A stretch of 64,000 nucleotides of DNA from Octopus sinensis (taxonomy: Eukaryota): assembly GCF_006345805.1 (NCBI RefSeq), contig NC_043025.1, forward strand, positions 12,648,001-12,712,000, written 5' to 3'. The position numbers and the translations under genes are program-made. Of the stretch, positions 23,940 through 35,880 are shown piece after piece. Numbering within the stretch: position 1 is the first letter of the stretch; every line of letters begins with the position of its first letter. The notes beneath the pieces are model-generated. The model was given only the letters and a program-made list of their open reading frames with translations. It did not search any database and was not told where the DNA came from.

Positions 23940-24240
23940 GGCGCAGGAGTGGTAAGTAGCTTTGTTACCAACCACATGGTTCAGTCCCACTGCGTGGCAC
24001 CTTGAGCAAGTGTCTTCTGCTATAGCCCCGGGCCGACCAATGCGTTGTGAGTGGATTTGGTAGACGGAAACTGAAAGAAGCCCGTCGTATATGTGTGTCT
24101 GTATTTGTCCCCGTTACTTAGCGGTTCGGTAAAAGAGACCGATAAAATAAGTACTGGGCTTACAAAGAATAAGTCCCAGGGTCGAGTTGCTCGATTGAAG
24201 GTGGTGCTGCAGTTAACTGACTGAAACAAGTAAAAGAGTG
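23940..24240 (+). mobile_element. tRNA-derived SINE, family A
   Basis: Head-to-tail match ending GACTGAAACAAGTAAAAGAGT. Confidence 0.8.
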
Positions 24241-25914
24241 CTCAGGTGCGTATAAAACATATGTAGAGAGAAGGAAAGGGAGAGACAAAAAGATATATGT
24301 ATAGAGAGAAGGTCAATACAGTAAAATTTATAGCACCAAGGCACACAGAGCTGCGGTCAGTAGTGTAGTGAAAGCATGTGATGAAGATTAGACTACTGAA
24401 TGATGAGGTAACTCGAATGTAGAGCCTAAAAACAGAAACAATTCCCATTATAGTAGGAACATTAGGTATGATAAGAAAGAACTTCAGACAGAAACTAGCA
24501 CTGCCCACATCCTATGCAAAACACTTTCAATACAGTAACCAGAAGAGCATCACAGAGCTGCGCTCGGTAGTAAAGTGAAAGCACGCTATAAAAGTAAGAC
24601 TACTGAATAATAATGGTTTTAAATAAGGTGGGTGAGCTGACAGAGTTGTTACTATGTCAGACAAAATGCTTAGCATCATTTGTTCAAATTCTACTGAGGT
24701 CGTCTTTGCCGTTCATCCTTTTGGAGTCGACAAATTAAGTGCCAGTGAAATACTGGGGGATGTTGTAATCAACTTTGGCCTTGTACCATAATTTGAAACC
24801 GATAATCGTTTCAAAGTTTGGAACAAGGCCAACAGGTTTTGAGAGAAAGTCGGTTATGTTGAACAAGGAAAGGAAACTCAAACGTATCCAAATTGCCAAC
24901 AGTTCTGTCGGTTTGCTGCCTTGATGATGAGAATAATTTATTTCTTTATTACCCACAGGGGACAGACAATGAAATTAAGTTGATTACATCGACTCCAGTG
25001 TATAACTGGTACTTATTTAATTGACCCATGAAAGGCAAAGTCGACCTCTGCAGAATTTGAAATCAAATTCAATGACTGGCATCTGTGCTAAGACCACCAT
25101 CCAAGTGTGATCGTTGCCAGAGCAACAAACTGGCTTCCGTGCTGGTGGCAAGTAAAAAGCACCATTCAAGCGTGGTCATTGCCAGTACCACCTGACTGGC
25201 CCTCATGCCGGTGGCACATAGGAGCACCCGCTACACTCTCAGAGTCGTTGGCATTAGGAAGGGCTGTAGAAAGTCTGCCAGATCAGATTGGAGCCTGGTT
25301 CGCCAGACCTCAGTCAAATCTTCCAACCCATGCCAGCATGGAAAGCGGACGTTAAACAATGATGATTATAATTCATTTATTGGCCACAAGGGCTTACATT
25401 GAAACAATAATTATAATCTTTTCTACTCTAGGTACAAGGCCTGGATTTTGTGGGGAGTGAGACAGCCAATCACTTCGACCACAATACTCAACTGGAACTT
25501 AATTTATGAAAGGTGAACTCGGAACATAAAGGCAGATGAAATACCACAAAGCATTTCGCCAGGTGTGCTAACGATTCTGCCATAATAATTTCTACTCAAA
25601 GCACAAGGCCCTGAAAATTTTGGGGGAAGGAGTATAGTCAAATACATTGACACCAGTGCTTATTTCGACCCTGAAAGGCAAAGCTGACCTTGGCGGAATT
25701 TGAACTCAAAATACTGCTAACCATTTTACCTGGCATGCTAACGATTGTGCCACAAAGGCAGCTATTTTGGGGAAGGGGATAAGTCGATTACATCGACCCC
25801 CCCAGTGTTTCACTGGTACTTAATTTATCACCCCCGAAAGGATGATAGCCATAAAACAACAGTGGAACTTGGGGCAGTTCTCAGGCTTGCCAGCTCTTGT
25901 TAAATGTATATATA

Positions 25915-26225
25915 GGCGCAGGAGTGGCTGTGTGGTAAGTAGCTTGCTTACCAACCACATGGTCCCGGGTTCAGTCCCACTGCGTGGCACTGTGAGCAAG
26001 TGTTTTCTACTATAGCCTAGTGAGTGGATTTGGTAGACTGAAAGAAGCCCGTTGTATACATGCGTTTGTCCCCCGATGCTGGTGTGTTTATGTCCCCGTT
26101 ACTTAGTGGCTTGGCAAAAGAAACCGATAGAATAAGTACCAGGCTTACAAAGAATAAGTCCTGGGGTCGATTTGCTTGACTAAAGGTGGTGCTGCAGTCA
26201 AATGACTGAAACAAGTAAAAGAGTA
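25915..26225 (+). mobile_element. tRNA-derived SINE, family A
   Basis: Head-to-tail match. Confidence 0.8.
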
Positions 26226-26249
26226 TATAGGTTTTGGGTGAGTATTTCT

Positions 26250-27680
26250 TTAAATATAAGAAAGAATTTAGTAAAATAACTTAGTTATCATTCAGCTAGT
26301 GTTAGGAACATAAATTGTGACTAAAGTTTGGTGGAAGATTTTAATTCAAAACTTTTGAAAACAAGACATTTGTACTACAGAGCCAGAAGTGGTTTCAGCC
26401 AGGTTGGTATCAAAAGGGTTAAGAATTGTTTCTCTATTATATATCTTAACCCTTTTGTTACCATATTTCTTCTGTTGAGATGCTCTGTGTTTCTTTCAAT
26501 TAATTTTAAATATAACAAAGAATTTAGTAAAATAACTTAGTTATCATTCAGCTAGTGTTAGGAACATAAATTGTGACTAAGGTTTGGTGGAAGATTTTAA
26601 TTCAAAACTTTTGAAAACAAGACATTTGTACTACAGAGCCAGAGGTGGTTTCAACCAGGTTGGTATCAAAAGGGTTAAGAATTGTTTCTCTATTATATAT
26701 CTTAACCCTTTTGTTACCATATTTCTGTTGAGATGCTCTGTGTTTCTTTCAATTAATTTTAAATATAACAAAGAATTTAGTAAAATAACTTAGTTATCAT
26801 TCAGCTAGTGTTAGGAACATAAATTGTGACAAGGTTTGGTGGAAGATTTTAATTCAAAACTTTTGAAAACAAGACATTTGTACTACAGAGCCAGAGGTGG
26901 TTTCAACCAGGTTGGTATCAAAAGGGTTAAGAATTGTTTCTCTATTATATATCTTAACCCTTTTGTTACCATATTTCTGTTGAGATGCTCTGTGTTTCTT
27001 TCAATTAATTTTAAATATAACAAAGAATTTAGTAAAATAACTTAGTTATCATTCAGCTAGTGTTAGGAACATAAATTGTGACAAGGTTTGGTGGAAGATT
27101 TTAATTCAAAACTTTTGAAAACAAGACATTTGTACTACAGAGCCAGAGGTGGTTTCAGCCAGGTTGGTATCAAAAGGGTTAAGAATTGTTTCTCTATTAT
27201 ATATCTTAACCCTTTTGTTACCATATTTCTGTTGAGATGCTCTGTGTTTCTTTCAATTAATTTTAAATATAACAAAGAATTTAGTAAAATAACTTAGTTA
27301 TCATTCAGCTAGTGTTAGGAACATAAATTGTGACAAGGTTTGGTGGAAGATTTTAATTCAAAACTTTTGAAAACAAGACATTTGTACTACAGAGCCAGAG
27401 GTGGTTTCAACCAGGTTGGTATCAAAAGGGTTAAGAATTGTTTCTCTATTATATATCTTAACCCTTTTGTTACCATATTTCTGTTGAGATGCTCTGTGTT
27501 TCTTTCAATTAATTTTAATATAACAAAGAATTTAGTAAAATAACTTAGTTATCATTCAGCTAGTGTTAGGAACATAAATGTGACAAGGTTTGGTGGAGAT
27601 TTTAATTCAAAACTTTTGAAAACAAGACATTTGTACTCAGAGCCAGAAGTGGTTTGAGCCAGGTTGGTATCAAAAGGATG
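26250..27680 (+). repeat. Tandem array of a piggyBac-like MITE plus short spacer, 252-bp period, about 5.6 copies
   Basis: Repeated ORFs at 26584/26836/27088/27340 give the period; unit runs TTAACCCTTTTGTTACCA...TGGTATCAAAAGGGTTAA plus GAATTGTTTCTCTATTATATATC. Confidence 0.9.
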
Positions 27681-28094
27681 AAAGGAAACGTGAAACTCCA
27701 AGTAATGTCTTTGCAGCTTTTTAATAAAATATATATATATCTGTAAATTGTGTCTTTGTGTTAGTGTTTATACCACTTGACAACTGGTGTTAGTGTCTTT
27801 ACATCCCTATAACTTAGCAGTTCAGCAAAGGTGACTGATAGAATAAGTGCCAGGCGTTTAAAAAACCATAAGCCCTGGGGTAGATTTTATTCAACTAAAA
27901 ACCCTTGAAGGTGGTGCTCCAGCATGGCCACAATCTATTGACTGAAACGAGTAATAGATTACTACACGTGACCCTCCCTTAAGGTAACAGAGTTCGATTT
28001 GAGGGAGACGTGGCTGTGATTTCTAGAGGTCTGAGCGAATTGGACATACTGAAAGTTGGAGTTTTCTTGATTGTGTAATTTAAGTGTGACTTAC

Positions 28095-28270
28095 CTTGAC
28101 CCTGTTGACGAGGTTCTTTTTGGGCGGGACCCAATTGACATTTGGGGGTACGTGCCTTCCCGTCACGTCGACCTCCCAGTTGCCAATGTTGTGGAGGTAC
28201 ATCCGCATGTTGACACGGAACGAACAACGATGGCCACTTTTCGCTCGTTTCTCATCTTTCTTCAGGCAAT
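28095..28270 (-). CDS. Exon 2, copy b (176 nt): (D)CLKKDEKRAKSGHRCSFRVNMRMYLHNIGNWEVDVTGRHVPPNVNWVPPKKNLVNRVK
   Basis: Acceptor TTTCTGTTTTTCTCTTTTCCACAG and donor AAG/GTAAGT; phase 1 in, phase 0 out, matching exons 1 and 3. Confidence 0.85.
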
Positions 28271-29265
28271 CTGTGGAAAAGAGAAAAACAGAAATATACA
28301 AGAAATCGAAATGAACCAATCCTATGACTGGCACCCGGCAGATGCCAGGACCCCTGGACTGGTGGTACGTAAAAAGCACTATCCAACTCGTGGCCGATGC
28401 CAGCGCCGCCTCGACTGGCTTCCGTGCCGTTGGCATGTAAAATGCGCCAATCCGACCGTTGCCAGCCTCGCCTGGCACCTGTGCAGGTAGCACGTAAAAA
28501 GCACCCACTACACTCACGGAGTGGTTGGTGTTAGGAAGGGCATCCAGCTGTAGAAACATTGCCTGGTGCAGCCTCCTGGCTTCCCCGGTCGAACCGTCCA
28601 ACCCATGCTAGCATGGAAAGCAAACATTAACCCTTTGTCACCATATTTCTGCTGAGATGCTCTGTGTTTCTTTCAATTATTTTAAATATAACAAAGAATT
28701 TAGTAAAATAACTTAGTTATCATTAAGCTAGTGTTAGGAACATAAATTGTGACTAAGGTTTGGTGGAAGATTTTAATTCAAAACTTATGAAAACAAGACA
28801 TTTGTACTACAGAGCCAGAGGTGGTTTGAGCCAGGTTGGTATCAAAAGGATGAAAGGAAACGTGAAACTCCAAGTAATGTCTTTGCAGCTTTTTAATAAA
28901 ATATATATATATCTGTAAATTGTGTCTTTGTGTTAGTGTTTATACCACTTGACAACTGGTGTTAGTGTCTTTACATCCCTATAACTTAGCAGTTCAGCAA
29001 AGGTGACTGATAGAATAAGTGCCAGGCGTTTAAAAAACCATAAGCCCTGGGGTAGATTTTATTCAACTAAAAACCCTTGAAGGTGGTGCTCCAGCATGGC
29101 CACCGACTAATGACTGAAACGAGTAATAGATTACTACACGTGACCCTCCCTTAAGGTAACAGAGTTCGATTTGAGGAGACGTGGCTGTGATTTCTAGAGG
29201 TCTGAGCGAATTGGACATACTGAAAGTTGGAGTTTTCTTGATTGTGTAATTTAAGTGTGACTTAC

Positions 29266-29441
29266 CTTGACCCTGTTGACGAGGTTCTTTTTGGGCGGGA
29301 CCCAATTGACATTTGGGGGTACGTGCCTTCCCGTCACGTCGACCTCCCAGTTGCCAATGTTGTGGAGGTACATCCGCATGTTGACACGGAACGAACAACG
29401 ATGGCCACTTTTCGCTCGTTTCTCATCTTTCTTCAGGCAAT
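29266..29441 (-). CDS. Exon 2, copy a (176 nt), identical to copy b by eye
   Basis: Same acceptor, donor and coding sequence at offset +1171. Confidence 0.8.
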
Positions 29442-30019
29442 CTGTGGAAAAGAGAAAAACAGAAATATACAAGAAATCGAAATGAACCAATCCTATGACT
29501 GGCACCCGGCAGATGCCAGGACCCCTGGACTGGTGGTACGTAAAAAGCACTATCCAACTCGTGGCCAATGCCAGCGCCGCCTCGACTGGCTTCCGTGCCG
29601 TTGGCATGTAAAATGCGCCAATCCGACCGTTGCCAGCCTCGCCTGGCACCTGTGCAGGTAGCACGTAAAAAGCACCCACTACACTCACGGAGTGGTTGGT
29701 GTTAGGAAGGGCATCCAGCTGTAGAAACATTGCCTGGTGCAGCCTCCTGGCTTCCCCGGTCGAACCGTCCAACCCATGCTAGCATGGAAAGCAAACATTA
29801 ACCCTTTTGTTACCATATTTCTGTTAAGATGCTCTGTGTTTCTTTCAATTATTTTAAATATAACAAAGAATTTAGTAAAATAACTTAGTTATCATTCAGC
29901 TAGTGTTAGGAACATAAATTGTGACGAAGGTTTGGTGGAAGATTTTAATTAAAAACTTATGAAAACATGACATTTGTACTCAGAGCCAGAGGTGGTTTCA
30001 GCCGGGTTAAACAATGATG

Positions 30020-30520
30020 ATGATCCAGCCTGCCAATGGTAACAGGCAGACCACATGGGTACAGACACCATGCAAAAAGCACCCAGATCGCTCTGCAAAA
30101 AAAAGGGTTCATCTTAGAAAAGGTGTTCAGACTTAAAAGCTATGCCAAAGCAGACCTCACTAGTGCTGGGGCCACATAAAAAGCACCCAGTCCTCTTTGT
30201 AAAAGTGCCAGCATTAGGAAGGGCATCCAGCTGTAAAAGCCCTATTGCCAAAGTAGACCTCTGGTGCTGGTACCATGTAAAAAGTAACCAGTCCACTCTG
30301 GAAAGTGGGTGGCATTAGGAAGGGTGTCCAGTTATAAAAGCCATGCCAAAGCAGACCTCTCTGGTGCCACATTAAATGCTCCCAGCCCACTCCATAAAGT
30401 CGTTAGCATTAGGAAGGGTCCCTAATTGTAGAAACCATGTCAAAGCAAACCTCACTGGTGTTGGTGCCATGTAAAAAAAGCACCCAGTCCACTTTGTAAT
30501 TTGGGCACCCAGCCCTAAAA
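30020..30520 (-). repeat. Degenerate tandem array (about 100 bp) derived from SINE family C
   Basis: Repeated AAAAGCACCCAGTCC...GCATTAGGAAGGG...CCATGCCAAAGCAGACCTC blocks. Confidence 0.6.
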
Positions 30521-31204
30521 AAAGAGCTGGCAATTGAACTGCCCCAAATTCCCCTGTTGTTATGGCTGGGTGCCCTTCCTGATATTTCTGCTTGAACACC
30601 TCCGTGCTGAAATGTCATGGAAAATAGGCCTCAGTTTCAAAACATTGATGTCAAGGTCTGAAAGGAATAATTATCATTTCTGTTGATTACTCGAAAAAAG
30701 CCAATAGGAAATAACACTTACTAAACAAAACTTTAAAATTTGTTAGTGGTGGTGACGATGGTGTTACTATTGTTGTTGGTGGCGGTGACAGGCGCAAACA
30801 TTGTTTTTGCCTTTGATTTAATCAACAAAACCACTTTCCCCACATCCTTGTATCTGGAATTTCCGTCCAGGAAGAAATATATGAACAGGGAACGACCTGC
30901 ATAAATTCCCTTACTACAGAAATAAAGTTAATTAAAAGCCTAAATATCTGATGTATATTATAATTAAGATTATTATTTAGCACTTTCATCATTAGACCAA
31001 AAAACATTGGGTTTTCTAAAAATATTTACTGTTATAAACCCAAACTCGAATAGCAAAGTTTAAAAGGTTTTAAGCAACTAAAAATACAGCAATATACAAT
31101 ACGAACAAAGATTGCTAAATTGTAAGCAAAACCAAACTTCAACACAATAACATTTTTATGCAGCGAGTTGCTATATTCTGGACTAATTAAAATCAACATG
31201 AGGA

Positions 31205-31500
31205 ATATCTGAAGGAGAATTCATCTCCGAAGCAATTGCCCCAGCTCCCCTTCAGGGTTGTCGAAAGCAATGTGGTGGTGGACAACGAAAAACCTGGCTG
31301 ATCTGGAACCCAACCTAGGCCTGCCCATGTCTACGGTGTTCGCCGCTGGAATAAGGAGTGGTTGGAGATCACGCGGTCGTTGGCCTCAAATCGCCAGGCC
31401 TGGTCGGCGTTTGTGAGAGATGCAGCATTGAGGATGAATGAAGCCAGCTCAACCCACCCCGGGTGGATGCTGTCTCAAGACAAGACAAAAACTAAAATCC
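31205..31500 (+). mobile_element. RTE-type LINE 3' end
   Basis: WNKEWLEITRSLASNRQAWSAFVRDA (RTE-like W...A.DR..W...V terminus); same family as 60930-61570. Confidence 0.65.
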
Positions 31501-31589
31501 ACGCTGAAAACGTCTGCAAACAACAGAACAGAACTCTGTGCAGTGCGACTGCACACATATAGCAACAATCAAAATCACGTATACAAAAC

Positions 31590-32370
31590 TAAAATCAAGG
31601 TACACTATGCATGAATAAAAGACAGGATGGTCACAACTGGAACATCTTTTAAATCATACCTCTGCTGGATCTAAGCTGACCAGGGGCTAAACAATAACAA
31701 GAAGGACACATTAAATCATGTAGCCCTAGATACACTATGCATGAATAAAAGATGGGATGGTCGCAACTGGAACATCTTTTAAATCATAGCTCTGCTGGAT
31801 CTAAGCTGACCAGGGGCTAAACAACAAGGGCGACACATTAGATAATGTAGCCCTAGATACACTATGCCTGAATAAAAGACAGGATGGTCACAGCTGGAAC
31901 ATCCTTTAAATCATAGCTCTGCTGGATCTAAGCTGACCAGGGGCTAAACAACAAGGGAGGCACATTAGATAATGTAGTCCTAGATACACTATGCCTGAAT
32001 AAAAGACAGGATGGTCGCAACTGGGACATCTCTGATCATGGGTTTGCTGGATCAGGACTGACCTGGGGCTAAACAACAACAAGGAAGGACACGTTAGATA
32101 ATGTAGTCCTAGATACACTGTGCCTGAATAAAAGACGCGATGGTCACAACTGGAGCATCTTTTCAATCATAGCTCTGCTGGATCTAAGCTGACCAGGGGC
32201 TAAACATCAACAAAGGGGGTCAAATTGAATGATAAATGTAGAGCAAGATGGGTTTGGCTGTGTCTGGTAAAAGAAAGCAAAGAAACGGAATAATAGGATT
32301 GTCCATAGTCAGAACGATGTCTTTGAATCCAGGGCTGCTGCTGGATCTCAGCTAACCTGGCTCTAAATAT
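31590..32370 (-). repeat. Minisatellite, about 120-bp degenerate unit
   Basis: Repeated TAGATACACTATGCCTGAATAAAAGAC...GCTGGATCTAAGCTGACCAGGGGCTAAAC; inverse of 38150-39200. Confidence 0.85.
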
Positions 32371-32810
32371 TAGCATCTTTATCGGCGTCAGCATCACTAT
32401 CGTAATTAGCATCATAATTGTCACTATCATCTTGATTACCATCACCGTTATTATTATCATTATTATCTTTTCTCGTTATTATATTCAATGTGGCTATCAC
32501 CATCATCGTCGTCATCTTCATCATTGCTGACAGCATCATCAACAACAAACATCTTCGTCGTTGTTGGCTCCAGCGATAGTGAAATCAAAATAAACAAACC
32601 AGACGAAGTGAATGAACCAAGGAATAATTGAAAGAGGCTGACGATAGGAAGACGGACGGGGAAGATACAAAGAAATGAAAACGAAGAAGATAAGAGATAA
32701 AGAAAGGCAGAAGATGAAAAGAAAAAAGAGAAGGGTGGGAAAAAAGGGTGACAAGAAAGAAAGTAAAAAAGAAGGGAATAATGAAAGTGAAACAAAGCGA
32801 TTCCACTCAC

Positions 32811-33198
32811 CGTCTCTGCACCGCCCCATTCCACCGCACTCCCTTTCACAGTTCATTTGACCGCTACACATAAGGATCTCTTTGGCCACCCAGATGCGCC
32901 GACCTAGTTTCTGCAAGTGGGCCCACGGCTGGACCCCATTATCATTGCTGCTATTATTGTTGTAAGAGGCGGCAGCGGTGGACGTGGTGGTGGTGGCGGC
33001 TGTGACCGCCGTTGGACGGATTCGAACGCGGTCCGACAGGAAGCCGTCGTTGCCTTTCTCCACGTACACAATGTCGTTCTTCACCTCCCGGCCTTTCCTT
33101 ATGATTCTGCCCCGTCTGAAGTCTGCGATGTCGTGTAGGTAACCCCTGAGTTCCTCTTCTTTCACGGTCACTGCCGTCGTGTTCCGCCGCTGTGGCAT
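32811..33198 (-). CDS. Exon 1 (388 nt coding): MPQRRNTT...VQPWAHLQKLGRRIWVAKEILMCSGQMNCERECGGMGRCRD
   Basis: ATG with A at -3 in a GC/CpG-rich island; donor GACG/GTGAGT in phase 1; G+AT completes Asp with exon 2. Confidence 0.8.
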
Positions 33199-33439
33199 CG
33201 TCGTTGATGTCCACCACCGGCCGCTTGTAAAGGGAGAACCGCTCTTTCTCCCTCTCCGTGGCGTGTTCGAGTGTCCGGAATAATGACAAACTCCACTCTC
33301 CCTCCGCTTGCCACACTCAACTCGCCACACTCGTGCGCTGACACTCTTTCTTTCTTTCTTTCTTTCTCTCTGTCTGTCACTCACTTTCACCGAATAGTAA
33401 CAACAGCAATACATAAACACTCATTCATCCATTCACACA

Positions 33440-33668
33440 AACACACACCTATCTATCTATTTATCCATATATCTGTATGTTTGTTTGTCTATCTATCCAT
33501 CTATCTACGTATCTGTCTATCCATCCATCTATCTGTCTATCTATCTATCTATCCACCTATATACCTACCTACCTACCTATCTATCCATCCATCCATCCAT
33601 CTATCTATCTATCTGTCTGTCTATCTGTGTCTACCTATCTATCTATCTACCTACCTATCTATCCATCC

Positions 33669-33708
<40 letters not shown>

Positions 33709-33734
33709 GTCTGTCTGTCTATCTGTCTGTCTAC

Positions 33735-33780
<46 letters not shown>

Positions 33781-33860
33781 GTCTGTCTATCCATCTATCT
33801 ATCTCTCTATCTATCCATCTCTCTATCTATCCATCTACCTACCTACTTATCTATCGATAG
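33440..33860. repeat. Compound (TCTA/TCCA/TCTG/CCTA)n microsatellite
   Basis: Read directly from the sequence. Confidence 0.95.
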
Positions 33861-34039
33861 ATAATTATCCAAGGTGTACAGTATTATATATCTATCACAA
33901 CCACTTTATTCACAGATATACGAGTGCATCATTTTCCTGTTTTATAGACTTTTAAACTACTAAAACATAAATAGGATCTTTTCACTTTCCCATATATATA
34001 CAAAGATATATACGTTCAGTTATACGAAGATATATACAC

Positions 34040-34242
34040 ACTTATTCATACATATATGCATTCATACAAAAAAACACACATGCGTGCATGTATGTATACG
34101 CACATGTATGAATGTATATTCATGCATACATACATTTATACGTATATACAAATATACATACATGCAATATACACAAACATACATTCATATACAGCGGTGG
34201 TGCCCCAGCATGGCCGCGGCCTTTGGGCTAAAACATTTTAAA

Positions 34243-34323
<81 letters not shown>

Positions 34324-34392
34324 TGTATATACATGTGTAGCATGGCAGTGTCAAAACAATATTGCTACACATGCACACACTACATACTTCCA

Positions 34393-34435
<43 letters not shown>

Positions 34436-35880
34436 GCATCCTGATATATATATATACACTCATGCGTACACTCACACAGACAGACACACTCACTAACGCG
34501 CACTCAACTCCACAGCAAGTACAGATACGTGCACGCGCTCACAAACGCACGCATGCACTCACTCACACATACACATTCACGCCTTCACTCACAACAATGA
34601 CCACACTCTCCCTTACATGCATACACACGCGCACACACAGAGCAGCATATACACAAACAACGACACATACACTCACGCAAAATACTACATATATATACAC
34701 ACACGCAATACAACAAAACACATTCACTCACAAGCACAATGTATACACACACACACACTACGATATACACGTGCAACTCTCATTCACACAACCTTAATAT
34801 ATACACACGCAACACATATACACACACACGCACAATCTCAACATACATATATATATACACACACGTAACAAACACATACATTCTCTCTTATATACACACT
34901 TCATGTTCACATACAAACACCACAAAACAATATATATATACTCACACACTCTCACATATAAATAGCCTATACACACCCTACACACAACACAACATTTACA
35001 TATATACACACTTTCTCTCTCATATACACACTTATGATCACACACAACAGGAAACACTATACACTCTCTCTCACACATACATACTCTCAACATATACACA
35101 CACACGTACAACACAAAACATCATTCTCTCATATACACGCACGACTTCAATATATATATATATATATATACACACACGCAATACAACAAAACACATTCAC
35201 TCACAAGCACAATGTATACACACACTACGATATACACGTGCAACTCTCATTCACACAACCTTAATATATACACACGCAACACATATACACACTCTCTCTC
35301 ATAATCACACCCATGTTGACACAATAACGATCTTTCCACACACACAATCTCAACATACATATATATATACACGCACAAACAATATAAAACATCACACAAA
35401 CTTTATCTCATATTCATACACACAAACAAACACTATTTATATATACACACAAACACTATATATATATATATATATATATACAAACACTATTTATATACAC
35501 ATACAAACACTATTTATATATACACACATACAAACACTATTTATATACACACACATACAAACACTATTTATATACACACACATACAAACACTATTTATAT
35601 ATATATACACTCTCTCATAATCACACCCATTTTCACAAACACAGCCAAAACGAAACACATATACACACACACGCACAATCTCAACATACATATACACGCA
35701 CTAACTTCTCTCATATTCACACACACACAAACACTATTCATATATATATATATATACACACACAACTTCAATACATATACACAATACAGCAGGGGGAAAA
35801 AAACCCGACACTCTCACAAACACATTCACACACACACACGTATACGTACGCACAGACACCTATACACACACACGCACTCG
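34040..35880. repeat. (TA)n and degenerate (CA)n low-complexity block with internal duplications
   Basis: Read directly; includes a re-duplicated block (about 34690-34830 vs 35160-35290) and short CAAACACTATTTATATACAC tandem units at about 35420-35610. Confidence 0.9.

Larger units (their letters stand above)
18030..26060 (+). repeat. Segmental duplication copy C; lacks the ZNF coding region, keeps the intact terminal exon
   Basis: Collinear with 2900-8960 but less deleted; homology begins in what is the ZNF1 3' flank. Confidence 0.85.
27458..30010 (+). repeat. 1171-bp tandem duplication bounded by three MITE copies
   Basis: 28095-28601 and 29266-29772 are near-identical at offset 1171; MITE copies start at about 27458, 28627 and 29798. 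Confidence 0.9.

Noticed and set aside
26328-27543. Five repeated 67-70-aa ORFs (MVEDFNSK...)
   Set aside because: Start at non-ATG codons inside a non-coding MITE unit; by-product of the tandem array.
28071-28490. Plus-strand 139-aa ORF and its duplicate at 29242
   Set aside because: Antisense shadow of exon 2 running into a SINE; splice signals support the minus strand.
32539-33420. The 293-aa ORF as a stand-alone single-exon protein
   Set aside because: Its ends are simple-repeat 5' sequence and intron read-through (F/L/S-rich); a strong donor at 32810 defines the real exon end.
33271-35697. Long ORFs rich in YLSI or HT/YI
   Set aside because: Artefacts of microsatellite and low-complexity DNA.
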